Of a stretch of DNA of 64,000 nt, positions 48,453-62,050 are shown one piece after another. Each line of letters starts with the position of its first letter. Within the stretch, counting starts at the first letter, position 1. Below the pieces are notes generated by a model, which was not told the DNA's origin, made no database searches, and saw only the letters and a list, made by a program, of their open reading frames with translations. Location: positions 1-64,000 of the forward strand of contig JALDZS010000046.1 of the NCBI GenBank assembly GCA_022813965.1, read 5' to 3'. A program made the translations under genes and the position numbers. This DNA is from Toensbergia leucococca (lineage: Eukaryota).

Positions 48453-50856
48453 AATTGATGTCCGCAACGCAACAGCGCTGAAGTCTTGCGACTAATGTCA
48501 GAGATGGTCTTGCTCTGGACGATCAATCGCAGGGGGACGAGACCTTCTGCTGTCACTGAGTAAGAAAGCAGCATCTGCGACGTCAGCAGAACCAGTCAGA
48601 TTCAAGCACTGATTCGACTAGCGTCGGCCGATGGCCTAGCTGTCGAAAGTATAGACGCCATCAGTCGAAGACAACTGTCGTCTAATCCTTGACTTGGGCA
48701 GCTCGTTGAGTGAGAAGTCATATGATCAATACGACCATACGATGGGGAACCATTCATCATCCAATTAAGTCCTTGAGATATTTATAGAAGCATTCTTTTT
48801 TGGTCCTCTCACATTGTGTCCACCTCCCTCTTGCTAAGATGGGCCCGAGGCGCAGGCAGCACACCACCATATTCTCTACGCTCTTCAGCTGCAGGTTGGT
48901 CCTAGCTAAAGCCGCATTCTGTTCGCTGGCAGTACATAATGGAACCTCTGGGCTTCGAAGGTGCGAATAAGACCTAATTGAGGGTGAATCCCCTCTTTCC
49001 TGATGTCGTGGTGACCGTGTTGTTTTCGTACATGACGCATTTTAGATCCGAGCCAAGGGTTTGATCGACAAAGGCGCAGCTTCAATCAAGCCTCGATTTA
49101 GATGTTTGCATACTCTACCTTACGCCAACGTGGCTATTTGCTTAATCATGATTAAGCTTCAAACGCCCAAAGCTTGACACATTATGGCAGAGAGGGGGTG
49201 GTATGTACAGATGCATGTATGTACAGATGCATGCTTGTCGCTGTGGGTCGGAGAAGCCAAGATTTAGTAATATTTGAAAGAAGATTTTGTACAACGACTG
49301 CCCAACAAGTTGCACAATTGCTCTCTCGTAATACATCGGCTGGAAAAAATGAGAAGTCTAGATTGCCCCAAAAGGAAGGGGATACTAGAGCTCAAAGCGA
49401 TCTAGTAGGTAACGAGTACGGAGTACCTAGGGTATCCATAAATTCACATTGGCCCAATTTGACTTTTTCTTTTCCCAGAGACCTCACAAAGTCGGGTCCA
49501 ATGGCTCCAACCTTTCGCTTCTTCCCCCGGATTTTGGCTTGATTAGGTACATGAGCATTGGGAAAACCCCATAGAGGTGAAAATGAAGCGCTCATATCAT
49601 TTTGTCGTGTTGGATCAGATCTGGGTGGTTGGGGCCATGATGGGCATACCTTAAGTGTGGCAGGTCGGATTAGCTTCGCTTAGGCTTGCATGAGAGGGAC
49701 TCTTAGTGTCTTCTGGATCTTGGCGCTTGCTGGGATGGTCTTGTCGCCGTTGCAGTGTGGATGGTGCGGCTTGCTACCAATTGGCCGAAGGCGTCGGCAT
49801 CAGGGCCAGGTCTCGTTCCCCGAATGTTGATTGGATGATTGGTGGGAGATGCCACCAATGCCGTGGCGGCAAGCCTGTCGTCTCCTCTTCACGGGGTTGC
49901 ATCCCTCTCTTGCCTTTTGCCTGTTGTCATAGTACTTGGACCTTGCAGGCCGCTTAGGCACGCCGATCAGGTTCCAGGTAGAGTTGACGAGCTGTCAGTG
50001 TGCGAAGGTGCAAGACGAGATTGGTAACATATGATACGTACACAGTCAGGCGTCGTCAAAGTGACAGCGACACCATGCATATTCCATTTCTCTCTGCATA
50101 TCTGCATATCCGCCCCGTCGCATAAAACACAAGGCCCGTCTTTGTCATCCATTAGAGAAGAAACTAGTCACCTTACCTGGGTCGTCTTGATCCAGGGCTG
50201 ATTGGACGATGCTGGTCCTTGTGCCTTGCTTGATCCAGCACGGCTCGAGTGAAAAGGTGAAAGTGTAGGCGAGTCATTTTCCATTTAGTTGGCCGCTGGG
50301 CCGCTGTTTGACCGAATCTTACCGTTCAAAGGGCCGTTCCTGACTGCCACTACCACTGCCACTACCACTGCCACTATTGCTCTCTGGGCTCGTTGAGCGC
50401 TCAGGATTCAGGAACCGCCGTCCCCGCCGTTGACGAAAATCTGGGACCTAAAACCCAATCACGCCCACACCTGATTGATTCAGTCTCTTCCCTCTTTCTG
50501 TCGACCAGTCCTAACCGTGTGTGTGTGCTGTACCTATCCATTGCCACTCTCGTTCCTTGATTTAACAATTGCCGTGGTAAGTCTTCCTCTGCCCTGTATC
50601 GAGTGTGTCGCATGCTATGATCTGCACTGCCATGTGGTTTCCCTTGTAGCGCAGAGACTAATTTCTCCGTCATCTAGAATAGACCGCTGTTTCCCTCTGC
50701 GCAAACAGATTTGGCCCTTTCCAACTTTCACTGGCCGCAGCATAGCCACGTATCAACGCAGATCCAAAACAAATCCAATCTCGTTGCCCATGGTGAAGGA
50801 ACGCCTCCCTTCGCTCGCTGTTTAACCCCGTCTTTCTTCGCCCAATTTGCGCCAGA

Positions 50857-52502
50857 ATGCGCGACTTGATCCCTCTCAGGCTACCGTTATTGGTAGAGGC
50901 TAGGAAAATTGAAGGAGAGGACATGTCCCTGGATTTTTTAGAATACAATTTAAATCTTTCCCGCTCATCAAGTTCTTCTGATCTACCTTCTCCTGTAACG
51001 CCAACCTTTTCCTTACAAGGACACTTGAGATTCCCGAGCTCAACCTCGTCCCTTGCTTCTTCTCCAGTAATTCGCGAATCAATGGACGGCTTTGCTTCCG
51101 CGAAGAGGCCTTTGACCGATGTGAAGGAGGAACCCATTGAAAGAGACGACGAATACGAAGTCCTGGCAAGCCCCGAAGTCGTTCCCGATTGTGAATGTGA
51201 GTGTTGCCTCCTTTTTACATGACTAGTGTCTGGACCTGTCGTATCTCGAGGTCGCTAACATGCGCTGTAGACGACCTTTCCATGGATATAATCCAGACTA
51301 GGCTGTCACATGATGGACCTACTATCATGCCATCCCCTACCGATTATGACTTGGCAGATGGCGATGAAAGAAACGAGGATTTTGCGTCGAATCCTTACAT
51401 CAAAAGGAGACGAGCCGGAGAGTCTCCTTTTTCCGGCTTGACGGCGCGCTTTGGGACACGATTCCCCTCGTTTTCGCAAGGGTGGCGTCGCAGAAGAGCA
51501 GGGAGTACCATCTCAATCACCGAAAGTTGCCCGAGTCCCAGCCTCCGTGTGAACACCAGTCGAGCCTCTTCGGTCGTTGGCTCCCCTATCGAAGCTTCCG
51601 AACGGCAAGATTACCAACTCCCACCAACTCCAGCCAGGAGCGTTTTCGACGGAAATGACGGAAAATCCATGCCAGCACCGATTGACATCCAAAAGGCCAA
51701 AGCTCACGATGATGTAGAAGATGTGGAAGGTACCGCAACAACACCTCTCCTCCCACCAATGATGGCTCAATTTGCCTCTCAATTCAAAGAAGAACCTTTG
51801 CAATCTCCACTACAATCGCCAACAGTTGCTGAATTCGACTCTTCAACGCCAGTACATAGCCCCATCTCTGCCCCTCAGCAACCAGGCATCCCTTCCCCCC
51901 CTCTCTCTACCAAACCCTCCATATCGTCATTTCATCGTCAGAGATGCCCCAACCCCCTTATTCCATCGTCAGAAATTCCTCCAATCCTAACCGCCGACCC
52001 AAATGATGAGTGGGCTAATAAACTCGGTCATGCAAACTTTACCATTTATCCGGAACCTTATCTTCCTTACCATTTCGACCTTAATGCCTGCAAACACCTC
52101 CGCGCAGAGTGGGATCTCGCCCGATGCAATTACGTGAAACATCTCATGCGAACAGGTGAACATTATGGCGCTACCTCGAAAATCTACAAATTTACCGAGG
52201 AAAAATGGTCAGAGGTAGATGCTCAATGGAAGAAGAATAGCGAGCACTGCATCTCCCGTACCGCCGACAATGGCGAAACGTCTCTTTCCCTCAGTCAAAG
52301 CTCCATCGCTGAACCTGCCCCGCTAATGAAACTTCCTTCTCTCAACGGTCCACATAGTGAAGGGAAGTTCCCGAAACGTGGCGACGAGGACATTGTAGGA
52401 CCGATGGAGCAGATCGCAAGCCAGCTGCAACGGCGTCCGAGCAAAAAGGCTGCTTTCCTCAAGTTTTTGCAGGGTGTCTTCGCGGGCGAGAGATCACCTT
52501 GA
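50857..52502 (+). CDS. Conserved Pro/Ser-rich hypothetical protein; join(50857..51196,51271..52502)
   Basis: Blocks SDLPSPVTPTFS, KRPLTDVKEEP, PPLSTKPSISSF, DEWANKLGHANFTIYPEPYLP, RTGEHYGATSKIY and GKFPKRGDEDIVGPM. Intron 51197..51270 (GTGAGT...GCTAAC...TAG) is in frame. Confidence 0.82.
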
Positions 52503-53347
52503 TTGTGTGGTGTTCTTTTCTTTTCTCTCGACAAACATGGGGAATACACGCGCGTCCCCTTTGAACGATTTTACCCAACGAGCTCAATGCTATGATGAAT
52601 TTTCGATGATACGATCAAACGACCACGCTCCTTAGTAATTTTTTTCCTTCCAAAGTATTCTTGCTCCTGTATAGACATGCTACTTACTTATCGCCATCAT
52701 GGCCCACGACTGGGATATACCCGATTATTCAATTCTCCTCCGTACATGTTGCGGCCGACTTACTGGGCGTTTTGCGAAGACTGGGCTATCTGGGATTTGT
52801 ATATCTGGCTGGATGGCTCGGGCAGGGGGTGTGACCCAGGGGGTGGGAATAGGGTGGGGATTTATCTTAGAAGTTTAGCGTGCCACCTTTGGGGCGTTTG
52901 GTGCGCTTAGATACTAGAGAGATTGCAGCCAGCGCTGTGATTTCCGGGTGGAGATGGGGGATGGCTGATAGAGGCTTCCTGCGCTGATAGAGTGGCGACT
53001 CTCGTGGTGTGTAGGGGAGAGAGTGAGGCTGGCTGGTGTTCAGCGCTGGTGATGGGTGGGAGTGGTGGCATCAACTAGTTACTGCTTTTGCACTTGGGCT
53101 ACCTATCAGGCCCTCAATGCGAGAATCAAATATTCTAGATAGATACCCTACTAGCCCTCGCCGCCACTGCTTCGAGCAGAAATAGATTCTTTATCAACGA
53201 TGGCCTTTCGCTCGTCCCTTTTATATTTTTCAACATATCTGATACAGAAACCTACCAAAAGCATCAAGGGTCTTTCGCCCTCGGAACCATCCCATTCATT
53301 CCACCCAAACCATACGCCAACCCTTCTCACCTCATCTCAAGCAGCTT

Positions 53348-53480
53348 CCTTCCAAGCACCTCCCTTCCAAGCACCTCCCTTCCAAGCACCTCCCTTCCAA
53401 GCACCTCCCTTCCAAGCACCTCCCTTCCAAGCACCTCCCTTCCAAGCACCTCCCTTCCAAGCACCTCCCTTCCAAGCACC
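53348..53480. repeat. 15-bp minisatellite (CCTTCCAAGCACCTC) x ~9
   Basis: Perfect tandem copies, which read as FQAPP x9 on the + strand. Confidence 0.95.
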
Positions 53481-55735
53481 ACCTTCCTTTCACGCACCTC
53501 ACCTCACCTCACCTCTCCCATCCACCCCATCAACAACCGCCCCCTCCACCCCTAACCCAACAACCCCGAAGTCAAGAACCCTCAACCCTCCCCTCTCCAA
53601 CCCCACACCCGTCTTGTGCAATAGGTAAGCAACTATTATCATCATCATCACCTCCTTTCTCCTTTCTCCATTCTCCTCTATCCATCATTTGAATCGTTGA
53701 AACCGCTCTGGGGGTTTTCATCCGGAGTTGGGGGGAAGATACGCACGCCCTCACCCCCCCCTTTTTCTTTTTTTCGGGCTAGGCTGGGGATGGGGGATGG
53801 GAAAAAAGGTTACATATAGAGAATATAGAGGGGATGGAAGAGGGAAGGGGGGGTGTGGGTTCAGGATATCCGCAGTCCCCCTTTCTGTGTATTTGAAAAC
53901 GTGATCCAATAACAAAGATAATTCCCCCCCCCCGGAAAAGATGTCCCTATCCATCTACCCTACCCTCCCACCGAACCTGATTCCAGGCAGAACCCACCCC
54001 CCCCTCATCAAAAAGAAAATGGGTATCAGGTAGTAGCCCCCCACCGCTCTACCACAAAGTCCCGAAACTTGGGTGATCTGTATGCCCAATAACCCAACCC
54101 CCTATTCCCCCCCCCACTTTTTTTCGATTTTCTTCTTGAGAGTTTTTTTCGATGGGAGGGATTTTTGCGGGTTCGGATGGCTGGGTTTTTGTATCGGATG
54201 AGGGAGTGGGTTTGGAGATTGAGGGCGGGGGTGGGGGAGGAGGGGTTGAGAGATGAGGGGGAGGGGGAAGAGGTGAAGGGAGGGGAAGGAAGGGGATTTT
54301 TGAAGGAATGGATGGGATTGGGTGTTGCGGAAAGGACGGAGCGGAGAAAATGTGCAAGTAGTTGCAGTAGGGGAAGAAGTAGAAGAAAGGTAATATCAAG
54401 ACACGCCAGCTCCCAGAATCCGGCCCCTCCGTTTTCAAATTTCCACATCCTCACATTAACAAAAAAAAAGCCAAACAAAAAACCATCCAATCAAACCAAT
54501 CATCGCGAAAAAAAGAGAAAATGTATCTATCTACGCAAAAAAGACCTCCCTCCAAAACCGCCACTGTTGCCCCCCTCCCTCCCCTTTTTCCCCTGAAACA
54601 TCGAGATTCCCAGTTTGCAAGAGTTGGAAACATATGAACGGTGCAGCTATTGCGATCGGAAGGAAGATTTGGAAAGAATGCAGTGGTTATTTGACCACTT
54701 TGCGGGGGAAAAAGATGTAAGGAATGTTAAAGCTTAGCGGCGTGTTATGTCCTTAGGAGATGGGATTGGGGATCTGAGGGCGGAGTGGGGTTGGGGGTTT
54801 GCTGGGTCCATGGGGTCACGGAACGGAGGGGGACGGAATTTCTGGTGGGACGGGTTTCAATGGTTTAGTGGAGATGGGATTGGAGAATCGGGTTGCGGGA
54901 TCGGGGAAGTTTGGTGGTCTGTGGCTCGGTGGATGACTGAATTGACAAAATGGGAGACCAGGGCCCTTGGTGAGGAAAAACGTGTACTGAAAATCGCAAA
55001 AGTGGTTGAGGGGCTTATGTTGATTCTGTTTTGGCCGACAGGTCGAAAAGTCTCGTTGACTGACGACCGGGTCATGCTAGTTCTCAATTCTAAAGTGGAA
55101 GCTCTCTGAGATCTGATCGTTTGGGGAGTAGGATCTCGTGGGTTAGTCGTTGATATGGAAGTACTTTTTGAAAAGATCAGAGCGGGTCTATAGGAGTTTT
55201 CGGGTTGGAATTTGTTGTGCGGGTGGACCCAGTACTGTACGGAAATTCTTGACGTGTGAGCTGGAAAATCTCCTTTGAATAGGAGTGGATTGCTATCATG
55301 GGAGTCATCAGGTTCACGTGGGATCATAATGCATGTTATGATTAGATTGAGACATCTGACAAAGAGCAGATTTCGACTCTCTGTCCTCCCTTTGAGTTTT
55401 GTGTGTACGAATAGGGGGTTTCCTCGAGGGGTGCGAGTATTCAATTAGAGCTTAGCGGTAGGATGCTCCTGACGCATATGTCGGTATAGCCTATATGAAT
55501 GCGACATCGGTCTCTGGTGGCCGTTCTTGGGAGATGGCTTCTAATTATTTGAGGCTTTAGTATTCTAAATCTCCACTTCAGTGAAAGAATGGGACGTACA
55601 TAAAGAAATCCGCACTCACGCTTGTATTGAACACACCCACGATATTATCTGACTGGAAGGAAAGAGAGATGAACTGCTCTCATATCCCGCAGCTTTGTTG
55701 ATACACCAGTTATCACCAGTCCTCATTAATCCTGT

Positions 55736-56627
55736 CTACCTCATCCTAGTATCCAAAGCCAGCCTATCTCCGACTTCCATTTCCACCACTCCCTTCATCA
55801 TATCCTTGAAAGCTTTCAACTCGTTCATACCTTTCGTCATGATCTCCGGCTTGCTTCCATCTTGCACGCGAATTGAAGCTTGTAATATCCATGTGCCGCT
55901 TGGGTCAAGAGGCTTGGGAGAAGTCAAATCCAGCGGCGATTGGGACTGTGCCAAAGGGTCGATAGTCTCGGGCAAACGCAGGGGACGGTAGAGGAGAATC
56001 AGAATGTTTTGGTAGGTCAAATGATGGCCTTGAAGCCCGTAGGCAGTAACGTAGCTAAGGAAGAGGTTAGACAGCAAAAGAGGGGTACTTGAGACTTGTG
56101 GCTAACGTGTAGTCGAGGGCGAACATAAAACGAATGGGATCGCCAGATGCGATCTTAATGTCCGCCATGAGTCGAGATGTCACAGGTCGGCGCCCTGCGA
56201 CTTCCGGAAGATCACGGAACTGAAGAGTCCATTTCTCTCCTTCGATCGGAGGATTGAAATTGGAACGCGGGTCCTCGAGAGAAGGTCGAGGGACATCTCT
56301 GTTGTTCATCGCTGTTTGGGCGTCTGTGTCACCCATGACAGAGTCTACGTCGTGAGAGAGCACCTCCGTACTCACAGCAATATCACCGACAAGCTGCAAA
56401 TAAAAAAGGTCCCCTTGCATCTGGGCTTTCAGTGCTTTGATCTGCGCCCCTTGTATTCCTTGGTTTCCCCCAACTTGAGCTCTCGTTTCCGGAGACCTTG
56501 TGGGCTTGAAAATGAGATGTTTTTCGAGGACAACACGGGGTTGCATGGCAGCAACTCCTGCGAGGATTTGAAGGACTTGGTCATGGCGGGAGGAGTGGAC
56601 TTGGCCGAAGAGGAGTAGCTCGTGCAT
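55736..56627 (-). CDS. MED18: Mediator subunit Med18 (Srb5); complement(join(55736..56054,56107..56627))
   Basis: Motifs MHELLLFGQV...QVLQILAGVAAMQP...EKHLIFKP, WTLQFRDLPE..RRPVTSR, PLDPSGTWILQASIRV and DRLALDTR. Intron 56106..56055 is GTTAGC...CTAAC...TAG. Confidence 0.9.
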
Positions 56628-57090
56628 TGTATAGGAAATTAGAAGAATGAAACGACTGTGTATCAAAATTCACGATAGGTAGATCTGTTAATCTGAAATA
56701 TACATCAACACGAACGAAATAGTGGGGCCAAACTTGGGTAAGCCTTAGACTTCATTCCAAGAAAGAGAACCGCCAAATTTAGGGATTGGATGGCTCAATA
56801 GCCTCGCTGGACAAGAACATGTCACATCAGCCAAAACACTCTTTCAGCCTGGTCATAGTCTTGGGATCAATGAAGGGTAGAATGAGGTGTCGTTGACCAG
56901 AGCTCCTCATTTCGTCGGTTACCGAAGCACTCCGACTCCACACTGCAACCCTTTTTAACCCGATACCGCAGTCAGCTTGCTCATGGGAACTGAGCCTGGA
57001 CAAGCTCTATAGAACAAGTCCTCGCGCTGTTCAAAGCATGTAACAGAAATCTCTTCGAATCTTACGAATACTCAATCGAAACAAGCAACC

Positions 57091-57531
57091 ATGAATGCAA
57101 CAAAAGCCCTGCGTCAAGCAGCTCAGCACAGGACTCCCCTGATACATTTCATTGGGAAACGATCACCCCCAAGTCCGTCTAACTGCTTTCCTCCCCTTCA
57201 TTACTAAAAGCTAACAATTGCATCAGAAGCGGTAGACCATGCCCCTCACGTCCACCCAGCCTCTCCTACCGAAGCCCTTCCTGATTCGTTCGCTGCGTAT
57301 CGATCCAATGCACAACAGCACGGCCCCTTGAAAAATACGCCACCACCGCCAACATCGTCCATGGCATATGGAGCTATAGGCGGCCACTCGGGGGGCTCAC
57401 TAGGAACAGTGGTGCCGCCCAAGGGCCAGTATTTTGATCGAAGCGAGCTCCCAGCTAGGTTCCAAAGAACACCATGGTCGCAAGCAGAGATCGATGCCAT
57501 TGAGACTGGTGGAGCTAGTATGTTTGCGTGA
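57091..57531 (+). CDS. KGD4: Mitochondrial alpha-ketoglutarate dehydrogenase subunit Kgd4 / MRPS36 (Ymr31); join(57091..57172,57227..57531)
   Basis: Motifs RTPLIHFIGKR, DHAPHVHPASP and the C-terminal FDRSELPARFQRTPWSQAEIDAIETGGA. Intron 57173..57226 is GTCCGT...GCTAAC...CAG. Confidence 0.9.
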
Positions 57532-58404
57532 AGATCATGGGATAACGATGATATGACTACGGAGAAAGGACCTTCCCAGCGAGGGCAGAGAGTGCTGGAG
57601 AAAGGGCACTCACGCAGAATTTGGGAATCACATTGGGATAGATGGTTGTCTTCAGCAGACAAGCTTGTCCGAACTGAGAGAATTACGCCTTTAAACAGCA
57701 GAGTTGGGAAGGGTGCTATCCGTGTCGGAGTGAGCTGGATGAAGCGTACTCCGTAGTCACAAGACAGATATTGTAAGATCTTGGGAACGGAGTAAATATA
57801 TTACGAAGTACAACGTTCTGCATTCTCTATGTCTCTGACCTCGAACTTCCAAAATCGATTCAGTGACTTGTTCTGTAATCTTTCGTCCACAGCTACGAAC
57901 AGATCTGAACCGGATAAGTGGATTCGAGGCCCGAAATCTTTCAGTCACAAATCGAACAGAGTAGGGATGAGAGACATCAGACATCGTATGGGAGCCATAC
58001 ATTTCTTTCCGTGGCTAGTCCAAACACATTGCCTCTTTGACGCATAAACCACCACAAATGTTCAACTTGCTTTTGACTGCTTTTGACAGACGTAGATCTA
58101 GGCCATTGAGTATTCCCATGTTACCATCTTGGTCATTCATACCGAAAACAGGTCATTGGGTCATGGCACGAGATCATTTTGCCAGTTCATTCGGATAGTC
58201 ATTCCATCTTGAACAATGGGTTTGGAGCTCTGACTCTTCCGTTTCCTAGTGTCACGACAAGGCTAGATTTAACGTAGGAGAAAACTTTGTGAATGCAAGT
58301 CAGAGCATGTTCTTTGCTGCGTACCACTATGATAGACGAGCTAGTCAAAAGACTCTCTGAGGGTTGTCTAGGATGCGGAGCTCAAGGGTAACCTAAGCCC
58401 GACT

Positions 58405-59130
58405 TCAATTTTTTGGATACACATGAATTGCGATCCCATATCGGCGCACAAAGAAACGAATGCAATGAAAAGAGAATACACAAAGGAGCAAACACGGGAG
58501 AATGCATTCGATAGAGAACAGGAGTAGCATCAGAATAATGCCTTCATGAACGATACGCTGGTGGCCAAGAAGCCATGAAATTACTCGCAAAGTGCTGGCA
58601 ACATTCACCCGGTATGTAAAGAGACTCTCTCGATTATCCTCCACATTTTCTTCCTCTTCCTCATCCTGAGTTGCGGTAGCCTTCTCCTTTTGAGCCTGTT
58701 TCCCAAGGACCTCATTCGTGATGACTCGTCCGTGTACATCAGAAGGAGGACCCCATCGAAGACGGGTAGACTTGAGGGGTGGAGGCGCGGCCTTCGGTGG
58801 AGATGGAACTTTCGGTGGAGGTGGAACTTTCAGTGGAGGTGGAACCTTACTCTTCAACTTTTTCCTACCACCACCACGAACTGCATCGTCAACAACAGCC
58901 TGAGCCAGTCTATGAGCTGTTTCCTTGGCCCTAGCCAGTTCCTTGTCCCTAGCCAGGGCCATATCCTCCTCCAATTGCTCGTTAGCATCGTCAACAATAG
59001 CCTGAGCCAGTCTATCAGCTTCTTCCTTAGCCCTAGCCTGGGCCATGACCTTCTTCAGTCGCTCGTCAGCAATCTGAGCAAGGATTTGTCGCTGAGAATC
59101 CTGAGCAGATAGTAGGTCGGCAGTAGTCAT
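58405..59130 (-). CDS. Orphan ORF with internal repeats (coiled coil + KVPPPP repeats); possibly a relic or element-derived
   Basis: Open frame of about 240 codons from the ATG at 59130. It contains a 54-bp imperfect direct repeat (58883..58936 vs 58985..59038) and 18-bp repeats encoding KVPPPP. No family was recognised. Confidence 0.35.
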   Translation of the reverse strand: MTTADLLSAQDSQRQILAQIADERLKKVMAQARAKEEADRLAQAIVDDANEQLEEDMALARDKELARAKETAHRLAQAVVDDAVRGGGRKKLKSKVPPPLKVPPPPKVPSPPKAAPPPLKSTRLRWGPPSDVHGRVITNEVLGKQAQKEKATATQDEEEEENVEDNRESLFTYRVNVASTLRVISWLLGHQRIVHEGIILMLLLFSIECILPCLLLCVFSFHCIRFFVRRYGIAIHVYPKN

Positions 59131-59744
59131 GACGTCTGAGTGATTGGCAGCGCGTTTGGCGCGGGCAGTACGGGTAAAAAAATGCATGTGGATAACCTCG
59201 CTATTGCCTATTTGGGTCTTTACTGATGGTAGGATAATGGGGTGGATTCAGGTAGCTGAATGTCGACCTCTTAGGTATAATTCAGCGGTGTGGGGGGGGG
59301 GGAAACCGAATGGCGCCAAGGAATCCACAACATTATGAATACCCCTAATGGTCGGATCTCGCCTTGCCCTTGCTAAAGTATCTGTAGTATGTGACTGTCC
59401 AAAAAGACCAATCAAGTTTGGCCTCTAGCATGCGCTCGCTGCATTTTCTAGCGGGTGGTTCCCGCTGTTTACGGACAAGTAAGTCGTACAATGTTGGATG
59501 TCATCAATGCTGGAGGCTGGAGGTGGCGTGAAAGCTGGTGGAGTGAGATGTAGAGCATGACGACGGTGTTATTCTACCTCTTCCTCTGTGGTCAAAGTCC
59601 GCAGCCAGCAGGTGCTGACAAGGTCTCCGTAGACTTCATCTTGTGAAATAGAATACGGTCACCGAGTAGAATACTCGGTATTTGCCAAAAGAGTTCTGGT
59701 TGGCGACGAAAGCTAGAAGTAACATAGAATGATAGAGCAGCACG

Positions 59745-61738
59745 ATGAATCTCCAATTTGATGAGAGGGACGAGGCTGGCTCTCTGACCGCTACATATGT
59801 AGAATCAGAATCACACGATGCTTCTAGAATTGACATTATTGTAACTAATCTCCCATAACTACGAGTACCGTATGAAATGAAGCTGGTTAACGGTTGAGAT
59901 AGCTTCCAAAGCAGAAGAATAGTGTTTGGTCGAGGCTTTTGAATGTCTTCTTGCCAGCCGGATATCCTCATAGCGTCACAAAGGACTACTTGCAGTATAG
60001 ACTTCCTTGAACGACTTGAATGAGACTTTCATTGCTTTTACAATTTTATTCTCTAACTTCTTTGCTGCTTCTTCAGGTACCAGATTTATGTGAGGCTTTT
60101 CTCAATCATTTCTCAAACGCTACTTGATTAATTTGAGATATTCAGGACTCGCTACAGGCCTTCTCAAGCTCAATTGCAGGCCTTCTGTCATCAAGAGCAG
60201 TTCTAGAGGGTATTATTGTCTATACCAACCCGTTCGGGTACGCCCATTGTTCTCTGATAGTGGTGCCTAGGAGTTGGAGTAGGTGATGCCTCAGCCTCTC
60301 CTACCGCTGCTCTCCTCCTATCTGTCCTTCAGGATAGTATGGGTAGGATCGCCACCATCCTGTTCGCCCACAAACTCGGGACATCTCTCGAGCCTGAATG
60401 CAAGATGTACAGACTTGCTGCAGATGTCTTCAATGATACCGCTATGATTCTAGATTGCCTCTCTCCTGCTTTACCGAAAGTACCTCGAGTTATTCTCCTC
60501 AGCTTTTCAAGTGTCCTAAGGGCATTGTGTGGTGTTGCAGCTGGTAGTTCAAAAGCTAGCCTAAGTGCCCATTTTGCTAAATGGGGAAATCTGGGAGAGT
60601 TGAATGCGGTAAGTCATGTCTCTTTGAGTTATAGTGAGGCGTGTTCTTCCATCAGCTAGGCCACCTTGTTCCTGTGAAAGGTTCTTAGAAGAGTCATTTT
60701 TTGACCTGAGTAAACCTATTTCAAATCGGTATAATTTTCGATGGCCACATCTGTCACCCTTACGTATTGGGCACCTGATCTAGCACTACTTATCACTGGC
60801 TATTTTTACTTGATATGATGTGAAGGTCTGGAGCTCTGTGGTGTCGGATCGTTTAGCGTTTCATCATTGAGAAAGAACCAGCTGATTCCCTCTAGAAAGA
60901 TTCGAGTCAGGAAACCATTATTTCCCTAGTGGGAATGCTGGTAAGTATTGGTGTCCGTTTTCCGGTGTATTCACTGATATCCCCTTGCCAGACGGGAAGT
61001 CTTGTAGTCTCCCATATCTCTTCCGCCGTGGCGACATGGTCAACCTTGATAGTATTATTATCAATCCATTTGGCGATGAACCACGCTGCTGTAAGAGCAG
61101 TCAGCATGCATAGCTTGAATCGGCAGCGAGCTAACATTGTGCTCTCAAATTACCTGGATCATGACAAGGTACTCACTCCAGAAGAGGTGTCAAAGGAAGA
61201 GCGCATATTCGAGTGGGACGGTGTTTTCCGTTGGAGAGGGTCACATGCTTTGGCAAAAGCAAAGATTGGTGTGCCACTGCAAAGCCTTCTCATCTCCTTG
61301 TCGGCAGGCCACCGTGTGACGGGCTCTATACGCGATGCAAAGGTCCAATTAAAGAATCTTGCGACGGCTTATCGCGAGGAGCAGTACCTGTTATGGTATG
61401 ATGGCGTTCAACAAACTGCATATATTGTTCTGAAAGAAGAAGTCTCGCCGGCATCACAGCTTAAAGCGTGGACCCATGGCCTTTGGATTGCTCACCGCCT
61501 TGATGGTAAATATGCGATAAGCGCCAAAACTAAAGATGACAGCACAGCAATGCTCAAGTTGATCGAGTCAACACTAGTTGATCTGTCAAAACGGTGGATA
61601 GAATGTCTTGAACGACTTAAGGCTGCTGGCTGGGATATAGAAATTGCAAACCTCGAGACAGCATCGGGGACACGGCTACGCTTGAACGCAGGAATCCCAC
61701 ATGCAGGTCAATCATTGCAGCGGCATATTGGCGATTGA
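59745..61738 (+). CDS. RUS1: RUS1/DUF647 family protein (root UVB sensitive / C16orf58-like); join(59745..59840,59903..59994,60077..60089,60146..60209,60271..60608,60896..60940,60992..61738)
   Basis: Motifs FLPAGYPHSVTKDY, DSLQAFSSSIAGLLSSRAVLEG|VGVGD, ECKMYRLAADVFND, LSAHFAKWGNLGELNA|KDSSQET and SLNRQRANIV. Six GT-AG introns, including a 13-nt micro-exon. Confidence 0.88.
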
Positions 61739-62050
61739 TACGACGAGAACGGTGTTCCAAGCAAATCCTGCATAGATCTATCCAAGTCTGGACATATCAA
61801 ACTGTTCAAGTCTGATTTGAATCCTTCAAGTGACATGATACCGGATCAGGCTTCCCTGATTCTCGAGGCAGCAACAGCGATAGGACACCGTACTATCGGT
61901 ACTCTGTTCTTTGGCTGCCCACATACACCACTGCCTGGAGGCTTGCACGAATTTGACTCCCGTCCGCGGCAATTCAGATACAAGCGCAACCCTAAAAGCA
62001 TATTTAAAGGAAAGCGTGGGAGAGTTGATTACGTCAAAGTCGCTGCCTAT

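Noticed and set aside
53348..53480. CRISPR-like array or FQAPP repeat protein
   Set aside because: The repeats are head-to-tail with no spacers in a eukaryotic genome, and there is no evidence the + strand ORF is a gene.
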